Shown: in pieces, positions 19,139 through 27,920 of the stretch
How the letters are laid out: every line of letters begins with the position of its first letter
How positions within the stretch are numbered: position 1 is the first letter of the stretch
Virus record (IMG/VR): IMGVR_UViG_3300023179_000019
From: a virus
Direction: 5' to 3' (one strand)
DNA: 64,000 bases
The notes under the pieces: generated by a model
The model's input: the letters and a program-made list of their open reading frames with translations, nothing else
What the model was told of the DNA's origin: nothing
Database searches by the model: none
Made by a program: the position numbers and the translations under genes

Positions 19139-21415
19139 ATGGCTACACAACTACAATTAAGACGAGGTAATACGGAAGAAACTTTAGCGTTTACCGGCGC
19201 CATTGCTGAAGTTACCGTAGATACGACACAAAACACATTAACTGTACATGATGGTGTAACACCCGGCGGTAATTATTTGATCAACAAAGGTCAATTTGAA
19301 GCAAACGTTACAAATTTGCAAACTTTCGCACAAGCAGCTTACAACGCAGCGAATAGTGCTGGTGGTGATACTGCTTCCGCAAATACTATTATAATTCAAG
19401 GTGTTGATCTTACCCAAAACACCAACATTGCCGCAGTCAACACATATGCTGGTTCAGCTTATGCTGCTGCTAATCTAGCATTAGGTATTGATGCAACACA
19501 GAATACCAATATTACAGCAGTCAACACATATGCTGGAAGTGCTTATGCTGCTGGTAATACTAATGCAACTAATATTACTGCTGTAAATACGTATGCTGGT
19601 TCTGCTTATGCTGCTGGTAACACCAATGCGACAAACATTACTGCTGTAAATACATATGCTGGAAGTGCTTATGCTGCTGGTAACACCAATGCGACCAATA
19701 TTACTGCTGTAAATACGTATGCTGGAAGTGCTTATGCTGCAGCTAATTTGGCATTAGGTATTGATGCAACACAGAACACCAATATTACTGCTGTAAATAC
19801 GTATGCTGCTGGTGCTTATGCTGCTGGTAATACTAATGCAACAAACATTACCGCAGTTAATACATATGCTGGTTCAGCTTATGCTGCTGGTAACACCAAT
19901 GCGACCAATATTACTGCTGTAAATACGTATGCTGCTGGTGCTTATGCTGCTGGTAATACTAATGCAACAAACATTACCGCAGTTAATACATATGCTGCTG
20001 GTGCATATGGTACCGCTAATGCTGTAAATACATATGCTGGTTCAGCTTATGCTGCTGCTAATCTAGCATTAGGTATTGATGCAACACAGAATACCAATAT
20101 TACTGCTGTAAATACATATGCTGGTTCTGCATTTAACAAAGCAAACAATGCACTTCCTTTAACTGGTGGTTCAATATCAGGCAGTATATCGATATCACAA
20201 GATTTATCTGTTACTGGTAACTTAATTATTCTTGGAAATACAACCACACTCAACACATCATCATTTATTGTTTCAGACTCATTGATTCTTTTAGGTAACG
20301 GTAATTACACATCTGATATATTAGATATTGGTTTTGTTGGTCACTACAATGACGGTACTAATGCTCACGCTGGTCTTATCCGTGATGCTGGTAATAAAGA
20401 TTGGTATTTGTTTAAAGGTTATACACCAGAAATTGATGCAAATAATAATGTTGATATCAACCACGCATCATTTAGAAAAGCAAACTTGCAATCAGACTAT
20501 GTTAAATCAAATCTAATTGCAACAACAGCTGTAGTAAATGGATTAGATATTTTCAATTACGTTACTTCTGCTTATGCTGCTGGTAATACTAATGCAACTA
20601 ATATTACTGCTGTAAATACATATGCTGGAAGTGCTTATGGTGTTGCTAATCTAGCATTAGGTATTGATGCAACACAGAATACCAACATCACCACAGCTAA
20701 TAATGCGGCGTGGGCGGCTTATGCTGCTGGTAATACTAATGCGACCAATATTACTGCTGTAAATACCTACGCTGCTTCAGCTTATGCTGCTGCTAATCTA
20801 GCATTAGGTATTGATGCAACACAGAATACCAATATTACAACCGCAAATAATGCGGCGTGGGCGGCTTATGCTGCTGGTAATACTAATGCGACCAATATTA
20901 CTGCTGTAAATACATATGCTGCTGGTGCTTATGCTGCTGGTAATACTAATGCGACCAATATTACTGCTGTAAATACATATGCTGCTGGTGCTTATGCTGC
21001 TGGTAATACTAATGCAACTAATATTACTGCTGTAAATACATATGCTGGAAGTGCTTATGGTGTTGCTAATACTGCTACAAACACTTTAGGTTACACATAT
21101 GTAGCTGCTGGTTCTTACGGTACTGCTACTGCTGTACCTGCACTTACTTTAGCTGCAAACGGTAGGGTTGTTGGTGTAACAAGCACAAACATTCAGTCTG
21201 GTTCAACAACTCAGAGCGGTTTATTACAGTTAATCGATTCTGTTACTTCTACTAGCACAACAACTGCTGGCACACCAAACTCAATTAAGATTGCATACGA
21301 CAGAGCTCAAGCGGCTTTCACAGTTGCAAATTCTGCATCTGCTAATTCTTCATCAAGTTCTGGTGCAAGCTTGGCCCAAGTGATGTTCTGGAGCGGTTTT
21401 GTGTCCGGTTCTTAA
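19139..21415 (+). CDS. Repeat-rich tail fibre with Mtd_N-like N-terminal domain
   Basis: MATQLQLRRG.T....FTGA.AEVTVDT.....VHDGVTPGG N-terminus; long TNITAVNTYAGSAYAA repeat arrays; GLLQLIDSVTSTSTTTAGTPNSIK fibre motif. Confidence 0.75.
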   Translation: MATQLQLRRGNTEETLAFTGAIAEVTVDTTQNTLTVHDGVTPGGNYLINKGQFEANVTNLQTFAQAAYNAANSAGGDTASANTIIIQGVDLTQNTNIAAVNTYAGSAYAAANLALGIDATQNTNITAVNTYAGSAYAAGNTNATNITAVNTYAGSAYAAGNTNATNITAVNTYAGSAYAAGNTNATNITAVNTYAGSAYAAANLALGIDATQNTNITAVNTYAAGAYAAGNTNATNITAVNTYAGSAYAAGNTNATNITAVNTYAAGAYAAGNTNATNITAVNTYAAGAYGTANAVNTYAGSAYAAANLALGIDATQNTNITAVNTYAGSAFNKANNALPLTGGSISGSISISQDLSVTGNLIILGNTTTLNTSSFIVSDSLILLGNGNYTSDILDIGFVGHYNDGTNAHAGLIRDAGNKDWYLFKGYTPEIDANNNVDINHASFRKANLQSDYVKSNLIATTAVVNGLDIFNYVTSAYAAGNTNATNITAVNTYAGSAYGVANLALGIDATQNTNITTANNAAWAAYAAGNTNATNITAVNTYAASAYAAANLALGIDATQNTNITTANNAAWAAYAAGNTNATNITAVNTYAAGAYAAGNTNATNITAVNTYAAGAYAAGNTNATNITAVNTYAGSAYGVANTATNTLGYTYVAAGSYGTATAVPALTLAANGRVVGVTSTNIQSGSTTQSGLLQLIDSVTSTSTTTAGTPNSIKIAYDRAQAAFTVANSASANSSSSSGASLAQVMFWSGFVSGS
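19420..21070 (+). repeat. Two arrays of 63-bp/84-bp coding repeats (about 19420-20130 and 20570-21070)
   Basis: 21-aa unit TNITAVNTYAGSAYAAGNTNA interleaved with a 28-aa variant containing NLALGIDATQN; boundaries approximate. Confidence 0.85.
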
Positions 21416-21426
21416 TATAAAAAATA

Positions 21427-21434
21427 TATAAATA
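21427..21434 (+). promoter_or_regulatory. T4-type late promoter TATAAATA
   Basis: Exact consensus upstream of 21471 and the Cys-rich gene cluster. Confidence 0.7.
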
Positions 21435-21470
21435 TTACTAGACGAGTTCAAATTAACAAGGAGAGCGAAG

Positions 21471-21674
21471 ATGTCTATCAAAATTCAAGGAACAGATGTT
21501 ATTGACGATAGTAAAAATGTCGTCAATATTGTCAACGTAACTGCTTCTACAAACGTGGAAGCAGGTTCTTATGTCACAGCAGCATATTTCAAAGGTGACG
21601 GAAGTCAACTTACAAATGCTGGTGCTTCGATAGACAAAGCCTTCTTTTTAAGCAATCTTTTATCTGGCGGTTAA
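21471..21674 (+). CDS. Small structural protein
   Basis: AGGAG RBS; IKIQGTDVIDDSKN and FKGDGSQLTN fibre-like motifs. Confidence 0.6.
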   Translation: MSIKIQGTDVIDDSKNVVNIVNVTASTNVEAGSYVTAAYFKGDGSQLTNAGASIDKAFFLSNLLSGG

Positions 21675-21706
21675 CTTTCTCAAAAAATCCCTATTAGGAG
21701 CAATAA

Positions 21707-22045
21707 ATGGCAACAGGTCTTATTCAACAAAACAACATAACCAGTACAACTTTAACAGCAATTTATAGTGGCGTTCCTGCTACTAAAACTGCTACCGTTA
21801 ACATTTTAATTTGTAATGCAGCTAATAATGCTGCAACAATTACTTTAGGTTTAACTACTGGTACAGTTTCATCTTTAACTGCAAATAGCTATATTGAGTA
21901 CAAAGCAATTTTAGCTCCATTCGAAGTTATGGAAAGAGGCGGTATTGTATTGGCTGCGGGTCAATATGTCTATCTACAAGCAGACAGCAACCCAACAGGC
22001 AGTTCAATTAACTTAGGTACAACAATTACCGGTTACGAGGTATAA
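21707..22045 (+). CDS. Small beta-sandwich structural protein
   Basis: AGGAG RBS; ATVNILICN...YIEY...ERGGIVLAAGQ...TGYEV pattern of small phage fibre-associated proteins. Confidence 0.6.
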   Translation: MATGLIQQNNITSTTLTAIYSGVPATKTATVNILICNAANNAATITLGLTTGTVSSLTANSYIEYKAILAPFEVMERGGIVLAAGQYVYLQADSNPTGSSINLGTTITGYEV

Positions 22046-22048
22046 ACT

Positions 22049-23233
22049 ATGTCAAGATATTTAAAAGATTCTTCAGCGCAAAGCTTTAGATTTAAAAAGT
22101 TTTTTACGGAAGCTGGAACTTACAGCATTCAAATTCCGGCCGGTGCAAGAGCGGTAAAAACCATTGTTTTTGGTGGTGGTGGAAATTCTTGTACAACTAC
22201 AATCACCAACTGTAGAGCTCAAACACAACAATGTTGTTGCTGTTGCTGGGTCAGAGGTCACTTCTCTGGTGCAGGTGGCGGCTACACAGAAAAATTATGG
22301 TTAGGTGTAGGCGGCCAAAAGGCTTGTGTGGTTGTTGGTGGTGCAGAAGGAACATCTTCTGTTTGTTTCTGTGGTTATGGATCAATTTCTGCTACGGGCG
22401 GTACAGGTTCAGGAACATCTACAAGAACCATGACAGGTGGATGTGGTACTGGTGGTGATGTCAACGCTTGCGGTAGTCCAGGTTTTTGTCGTTGTACATG
22501 GGGTAACTGTAGATTTGATTGTTGTTATTATGAATGTGTAAGCCCCTCGACAAGCGCCTGTTGGTGTACAGCCATGTGCTCACGTTGTTATTGTGAATTA
22601 ATGGGCGTTCATTTACCTGGTGGAACTCCAGGTAATGCATTATGCAACAGAGTTAACCTATCAGACGATACAACCAACGTTCCTCGTTGTTGCTGTGGTG
22701 GTTTCGGTGGTTATTACTATCAAACGGGCGGTGATAGTCCAGGTTGCGGAAGTTGCGTACAAACACGAAGCAGTTGTGATTTTGACACAACATTTTCATC
22801 AGCATACACTACTGTTCCTGGATACTGCTGGGGATTTCCTTCTTGGTATTGCACTGGTGTCTGGCAAGGCGGCACATTCAGTTGTATAGATCCAGGTTAC
22901 GATTTCGTTTGGGATCCAATCGGAAATTGTTGCTGTACATGTAGTAGAGCTACTGTTACTGCGGCAACTTATTGTACCTTATCTTCTGGTACCGCTTGTA
23001 CTCCTTTTAGTAATACTAATAGTGGCCAGTATTATTGTAACTTCCAGTGTTATTGTTTTGTAAACAGAAACAACGAATCTATAACATCTACTGCTCTTGG
23101 TGCTCCCGGTTATGGTTGCGCTTCTGGTGCTATGGGTGGCGGCGGTGCAGGTATTTGGAACGGCGATCCGACCAGATGTTTGACAGATTACTCCAGATCC
23201 GGCGGTATCGGTCTTGTTGTAATTCACTACTAA
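22049..23233 (+). CDS. Cys/Gly-rich protein, putative fibre tip or receptor-binding protein
   Basis: Gly-rich domain frame (IPAGA...FGGGG; GAGGGY.EK; GG.GLVVIHY) with about 44 Cys in 394 aa, including CCCCC and two CCC runs. Confidence 0.7.
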   Translation: MSRYLKDSSAQSFRFKKFFTEAGTYSIQIPAGARAVKTIVFGGGGNSCTTTITNCRAQTQQCCCCCWVRGHFSGAGGGYTEKLWLGVGGQKACVVVGGAEGTSSVCFCGYGSISATGGTGSGTSTRTMTGGCGTGGDVNACGSPGFCRCTWGNCRFDCCYYECVSPSTSACWCTAMCSRCYCELMGVHLPGGTPGNALCNRVNLSDDTTNVPRCCCGGFGGYYYQTGGDSPGCGSCVQTRSSCDFDTTFSSAYTTVPGYCWGFPSWYCTGVWQGGTFSCIDPGYDFVWDPIGNCCCTCSRATVTAATYCTLSSGTACTPFSNTNSGQYYCNFQCYCFVNRNNESITSTALGAPGYGCASGAMGGGGAGIWNGDPTRCLTDYSRSGGIGLVVIHY

Positions 23234-23253
23234 TAGTTAATAGGACTTAAAAA

Positions 23254-23733
23254 ATGAAAAAATTTAGACTTATTCCTTATCACCACGAAGAAAATCATTT
23301 CGAAATAGTTGAAGAACTAATTTTTGAACATGAGTATGCTTTTGAAAGTACTGATCCAACATCAGTATTAACAACTTCTCAAGATTTTGGTCTTAACGAT
23401 GTTGTTGACGGTTCTGGAAATTTGGTTCAAAAGGCTGTAAAGCCTGAACCAACTCCAGAAGATTTTGTTGCAACAGAAACTCCTTCATCAGAGCCTATTG
23501 ACTCAATGTATACTCATGATTATATTCAAGCAGAATTAGCAAAATGCGCTTGGACTTTAGAAAAATTTCCACCAAAAGTAGAGCAATTGAAAAACAATCA
23601 AGAACCTACTTTTATGCCTGATGAAATTAAATCATTGAGCAAAGAGGAAAAAATTGCTTGGTATGAAGAAAAAATAAAAGATGCTCAAGTTCTAGTAACT
23701 TTATTGAATGAAAAACTTGAAAAATTAAATTAA
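23254..23733 (+). CDS. Hypothetical acidic protein, possibly a fibre chaperone
   Basis: 159 aa ORF directly after the Cys-rich gene; function inferred from position only. Confidence 0.5.
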   Translation: MKKFRLIPYHHEENHFEIVEELIFEHEYAFESTDPTSVLTTSQDFGLNDVVDGSGNLVQKAVKPEPTPEDFVATETPSSEPIDSMYTHDYIQAELAKCAWTLEKFPPKVEQLKNNQEPTFMPDEIKSLSKEEKIAWYEEKIKDAQVLVTLLNEKLEKLN

Positions 23734-23739
23734 TTTAAA

Positions 23740-24510
23740 ATGTTAGTTGAGGAAATTATGGAAAAATCTGAAATTATATTGACTGAAGATATTAAACATC
23801 ATTTGTTTATAACGTCAACTGAGATTATAGGAGCGAATCGCCTTAATTCTTGTTTTCAGAAATGTAAAAACGTTTCTGTTTTGGAGAAAGACGAAGAACT
23901 CCTATTTTCTCCTCATATGCATACGCCTCCTGTTTTTGAGAATCCAAATTTCTTTATTAAAGAAAGAGAATTACTCGAATCTGGAGATAACACATCATGG
24001 GGAAACAATTCACTTCAATTAGAATTGAATTGGCAAAAAGTAAATAGCGAAGCAAAATTGCGGGTTGGAAAATCAATCTATAACTTTTTAAGACCGCATA
24101 TTTTGCTTGATTATTTTACAAATGCAGGATTCTTAATTGTTGTAAAAAATCCTTACGCTCTAATTCAAGACTTATTGGATCTTTGTCCAGAACTTTCAGA
24201 AGATTTAGACGAACTCGCCGATCATGTTTTACATGGATTAATTATTCAAAGAAAGAATAATTACTTAGTAGGTAACAATTTATCAATTACCTATGAGGAT
24301 ATGGTTACCAGACCTAAGTGGGTAGAAGAAAAAATCAAAGATAAGTATGAGATAGAAGATTTTGAATTTGATTTCGAAGAAACCACATCTAACGAAGATC
24401 AGATTGCAAAATTTACAGACTTTCAAATTGATGTGATTAATGACGTTTTCATTAAAGCTTTAGACACTTTAGAATATTGGGGTTATAAACTCGTAAAGAG
24501 AGAAGATTAG
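23740..24510 (+). CDS. Sulfotransferase-fold protein with degenerate PAPS motifs
   Basis: KSIYNFLR...YFTNAGFLIVVKNPYA and ITYEDMVTRP resemble Sulfotransfer_3 motifs; the canonical RSGT loop is not seen. Confidence 0.5.
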   Translation: MLVEEIMEKSEIILTEDIKHHLFITSTEIIGANRLNSCFQKCKNVSVLEKDEELLFSPHMHTPPVFENPNFFIKERELLESGDNTSWGNNSLQLELNWQKVNSEAKLRVGKSIYNFLRPHILLDYFTNAGFLIVVKNPYALIQDLLDLCPELSEDLDELADHVLHGLIIQRKNNYLVGNNLSITYEDMVTRPKWVEEKIKDKYEIEDFEFDFEETTSNEDQIAKFTDFQIDVINDVFIKALDTLEYWGYKLVKRED

Positions 24511-24530
24511 GCAATTTTGTTATAAGTTGA

Positions 24531-24559
24531 TTGACAAAATTATGTTTTTATTGTAAAAT
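24531..24559 (+). promoter_or_regulatory. Sigma70-type promoter TTGACA-17-TAAAAT
   Basis: Perfect -35, 17-bp spacer, intergenic before 24586. Confidence 0.7.
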
Positions 24560-24585
24560 TGAATATTTAATTCTGAGGAAATATT

Positions 24586-25518
24586 ATGTCTTATACTGTT
24601 TTTAGTATTGATGGTGGTGCAGGTCGAGCAATTGCTGCTATTCCTGCACTTATAAAATACCACTACAAAAACCATAATGATGATTTTAAGATTCTTGTGC
24701 ATGGATGGGATACACTATACTGGGGTATTCCTGAATTGCAAGACAGGACTTTTAATCCCGATAACAAAGGCACGTTCGAGAATATCGTTCTCAACTGTAA
24801 CCGTGTCGTAACTCCAGAACCCTACAAACTCCCTTCCTACTTTAAACAAAAGAAGTCTCTAGGTGAGGCTTTCGATGAGATCATTAATGAAACAGATGAT
24901 CATTCCGATTTGGATAAACCAACTATGGTTACAACCAAAATGGAAGAAAAGATGGCATCTAACATCATCTCCGAGGTTAAAAACAAACAGAAAAAAGAAC
25001 TCACAGTTGTTATTCAACCATATGGCCGTGGTGCCAAGGTTGATAATGGCCATGTGATTGATGAAGCTTCACGTTCTTTAGATCCAGATGCGTATCTGTT
25101 GTTAGCTAAAAAATTAGCTACGAAGTATAACCTTATTTATTTTGGAGAAAGACAGTTCGCCATAGAACAAGATACATATACACATAAGATGGAAATGGAC
25201 TTGAGAGGTTGGGCATCGGTTATTCAGTCATCAGATTATTTTGTTGGTTGTGATTCGGTTGGACAATACATGGCAAGATGTTTTAATAAACCGGGAACCG
25301 TAATTTTTGGTTCTACATTCCCAATCAATACATCTTTTCCTGATCATTTTCAAATTATTGAAAAACCAGGAATCAAAAAATATTCACCTATTCGTCTAGT
25401 TGGCCTTGATTGCCATCTTGCGGATAGAATGAATGATACTCTGATGGATTTTACAGATGATGAAATTCATGATATCTTTTTGAAAATTGTTAAAGACATT
25501 GAAAACAAGGTGAAATAA
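24586..25518 (+). CDS. Glycosyltransferase family 9 (heptosyltransferase-like)
   Basis: DGGAGRAIAAIPAL N-terminus; VVIQPYG; DLRGWASVIQSSDYFVGCDSVGQYMARCFNKPGTVIFGST matches the GT9 C-terminal motif. Confidence 0.7.
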   Translation: MSYTVFSIDGGAGRAIAAIPALIKYHYKNHNDDFKILVHGWDTLYWGIPELQDRTFNPDNKGTFENIVLNCNRVVTPEPYKLPSYFKQKKSLGEAFDEIINETDDHSDLDKPTMVTTKMEEKMASNIISEVKNKQKKELTVVIQPYGRGAKVDNGHVIDEASRSLDPDAYLLLAKKLATKYNLIYFGERQFAIEQDTYTHKMEMDLRGWASVIQSSDYFVGCDSVGQYMARCFNKPGTVIFGSTFPINTSFPDHFQIIEKPGIKKYSPIRLVGLDCHLADRMNDTLMDFTDDEIHDIFLKIVKDIENKVK

Positions 25519-27227
25519 TGAATGTATTAGGAATAAATCCAGGACATAATGGTTCTGCTGCATTAGTCTCTGACAATAAACTTATGTTTTATGTTGAAGA
25601 AGAACGTTTAAGCCGTAACAAATATGACGGTAATCCTTTCCTTGGTATCATGCAGATTATGGAAGATTACCCACTAGATAGAATTATTATTGGTGGAACA
25701 GGCCAAAAAGAATCTTTGGGTACTTTGCCTTGGACAGGTGAGGATCCTTTCACATCATTAATTAGAAAAAAATTAAATACAAATGGTATCGATGTGATGT
25801 ATGCAGGTGAAAGTCACCACGTTGGTCATGCAGCATTATCTTTTTATAATTCGGGTTTCGATAAAGCAATTTCTATTGTAGTTGATGGATGTGGTTCTTT
25901 TACCAGAAATAACGAAAATGGTCTCTGTGGATTTGAAACAGATACAGTTTTTGTTTGTGAGTATCCTAATAAGTTTGAATTAATCAGTAAAAAACTGTGT
26001 TATACTCCTCAACAAAACTCTATGGAATATTTTGATGGCACCTCAGAATATAGTGTAGGTGCTCCCACAGTTAAAGTCTATGAAGGCGTTACAGATTATT
26101 TGGGTTTTGGTTTTATTGAAGCTGGCAAAACAATGGGTTTAGCACCTTACGGTAAACCAGATGAAAACATTCCACAGCTATACATCAATGGTCGTGGCAA
26201 CCAAAACGTATTCATGCCTTTGTATCCTGCTGGAACAAGAATCAACCAGTTACTCAATCCATACCTAAGACAAACTTTTGATCCAAAAGAATGGCATAGA
26301 GATCCAGAAAAGATCCCACAAGTATCCAAAAACTTGGCATACGCAGTTCAAAAAGAATCTCAAGAATTGGTTTTAGAAGCAATCAAAAAAGCAATCGAAT
26401 TAACAGGTATCAAAAAAGTTTGTATCTCTGGTGGTTACGGACTAAATTGTACTGCCAATTACTTCTTTAGAAAGAGCCTTCCATCTGATGTTGAACTTTG
26501 GTGTGAACCAATTTCTCATGATGGTGGTACATCTATTGGTTTGGCTATGATCGCTTGTAGAAACGAAACCCAATCATCTGACGTTTACAAATCAAAATCA
26601 ATTTATCTAGGTAAACAATACGATCCATCAACTTATTTAAATGATGTGAACGAAGATGAATTTGAAATTGAATCTGTAGAACCTAAAGATGTTGCCAAAC
26701 TAATTTCTGATAGAAATATTGTTGCACTTTTCCAGGGTCGTGCTGAAGCAGGTCCTAGAGCTCTAGGTAACAGGTCAATTCTTTATGATCCAAGAGATCC
26801 AGACGGCAAACAATTTGTAAATATTGTCAAAGGTCGTGAATGGTTTAGGCCTTTTGCAGGTTCTATGCTTAAAGAAGATGCTAAACATTGGTTCGATATG
26901 GCCGGAATGGAAGAATCTCCATTCATGATGTATGCTATTGATGTACAGTCTGACAAAGCACATCTGATTCCTTCTATCATCCATGTCGATGACACATGCC
27001 GTATTCAAACTGTTACAAAAGAACAGAATGAACACTATTACAATTTGATTAGTGAATTTAAGAATATCACGGGTGTTCCAATCGTGTTCAATACTAGCTT
27101 TAACTTGGCAGGCGAACCATTGGTAGAAACTATCAAAGATGCGTTACACACACTCAGAAGTTCTAAGATGAACTATCTGTATCTACCAGAGATTGGAAAA
27201 CTTCTGACTAAGAAGGTAAAGAGTTAA
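25518..27227 (+). CDS. Carbamoyltransferase (NodU/CmcH family), full length
   Basis: LGINPGHNGSAAL, EEERLSRNK, HHVGHA, GKTMGLAPYG, SGGYGLNC, GPRALGNRSIL, KGREWFRPFA, NTSFNLAGEPLVE. Confidence 0.92.
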   Translation: MNVLGINPGHNGSAALVSDNKLMFYVEEERLSRNKYDGNPFLGIMQIMEDYPLDRIIIGGTGQKESLGTLPWTGEDPFTSLIRKKLNTNGIDVMYAGESHHVGHAALSFYNSGFDKAISIVVDGCGSFTRNNENGLCGFETDTVFVCEYPNKFELISKKLCYTPQQNSMEYFDGTSEYSVGAPTVKVYEGVTDYLGFGFIEAGKTMGLAPYGKPDENIPQLYINGRGNQNVFMPLYPAGTRINQLLNPYLRQTFDPKEWHRDPEKIPQVSKNLAYAVQKESQELVLEAIKKAIELTGIKKVCISGGYGLNCTANYFFRKSLPSDVELWCEPISHDGGTSIGLAMIACRNETQSSDVYKSKSIYLGKQYDPSTYLNDVNEDEFEIESVEPKDVAKLISDRNIVALFQGRAEAGPRALGNRSILYDPRDPDGKQFVNIVKGREWFRPFAGSMLKEDAKHWFDMAGMEESPFMMYAIDVQSDKAHLIPSIIHVDDTCRIQTVTKEQNEHYYNLISEFKNITGVPIVFNTSFNLAGEPLVETIKDALHTLRSSKMNYLYLPEIGKLLTKKVKS

Positions 27228-27831
27228 CAAACTCTAATAAATTTTGAAAGGTTTTGGTTCTCATTCTCAAATCTCGATTGGCGAATGAGTCCAACTTTTC
27301 TAAAGTTTCTTGATAATTACCAGTCTTAACTAAAACAGGTACGCAACCTAAAGAGTTTCCAGCTTTAAGGTTGCGTATTTTATTTCCGACAAAATAACCA
27401 CCTTTAAATTTTATTCTTTGTTCTTTTTCGGCTTTCTTCATCATGCCAGTATTTGGCATAGAATAGATATCTTGTTTCATATTGGTAGTTGAGTACAATA
27501 CACCATCAATACTTTGTATTCCATACTCACCGAATATTTCCATCATACGCATATTTGTACGGTCAACGTCATCTACAGTCAATATTCCCTCACTAATTAA
27601 TGGTTCGTTGAAGAAAATAGAAACCTTGTAACCTTTAAGACGTAAAAGTTTAATGGCTTCTAAAGAACCTTCAACTGGAACAACATCGTCTGGAGTCTTT
27701 ATTTGACACTCACGTAATATTACACCAGTTCTTTCAATAGCAACAACACCGGTATTAAAAACTTCCGGCCAAGGTTCTAAATTCTTGAATCCTGAAACAG
27801 TTGCAATTTTATTATCATATCTTCCCATCAT
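27208..27831 (-). CDS. GmhB/HisB-like HAD phosphatase homolog lacking the catalytic DxD
   Basis: VAIERTGVI (cf. FLDRDGVI), GSLEAIKLLRLKGYKV, FFNEP (cf. TNQS), MPNTGM (cf. KP.PGM), FVGNKIRNLKAG (cf. GD...D), LVKTG. Confidence 0.7.
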   Translation of the reverse strand: MMGRYDNKIATVSGFKNLEPWPEVFNTGVVAIERTGVILRECQIKTPDDVVPVEGSLEAIKLLRLKGYKVSIFFNEPLISEGILTVDDVDRTNMRMMEIFGEYGIQSIDGVLYSTTNMKQDIYSMPNTGMMKKAEKEQRIKFKGGYFVGNKIRNLKAGNSLGCVPVLVKTGNYQETLEKLDSFANRDLRMRTKTFQNLLEFVNSLPS

Positions 27832-27864
27832 TATTCCTTAAACATAAATAGTCCATTACCTCTC

Positions 27865-27894
27865 ATTGTATTATATATTGATCTAAAAAGTCAA
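27865..27894 (-). promoter_or_regulatory. Sigma70-type promoter TTGACT-18-TACAAT for the GmhB-like gene
   Basis: Read on the reverse strand; overlaps forward late-like AATAAATA/CATAAATA boxes before gp13. Confidence 0.5.
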
Positions 27895-27920
27895 ATAAAT
27901 ACTAACAAAATGGAATCAAC

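Noticed and set aside
19139-21415. Diversity-generating retroelement suggested by the Mtd_N-like domain
   Set aside because: No reverse transcriptase and no template/variable repeat pair with adenine-specific differences in the window.
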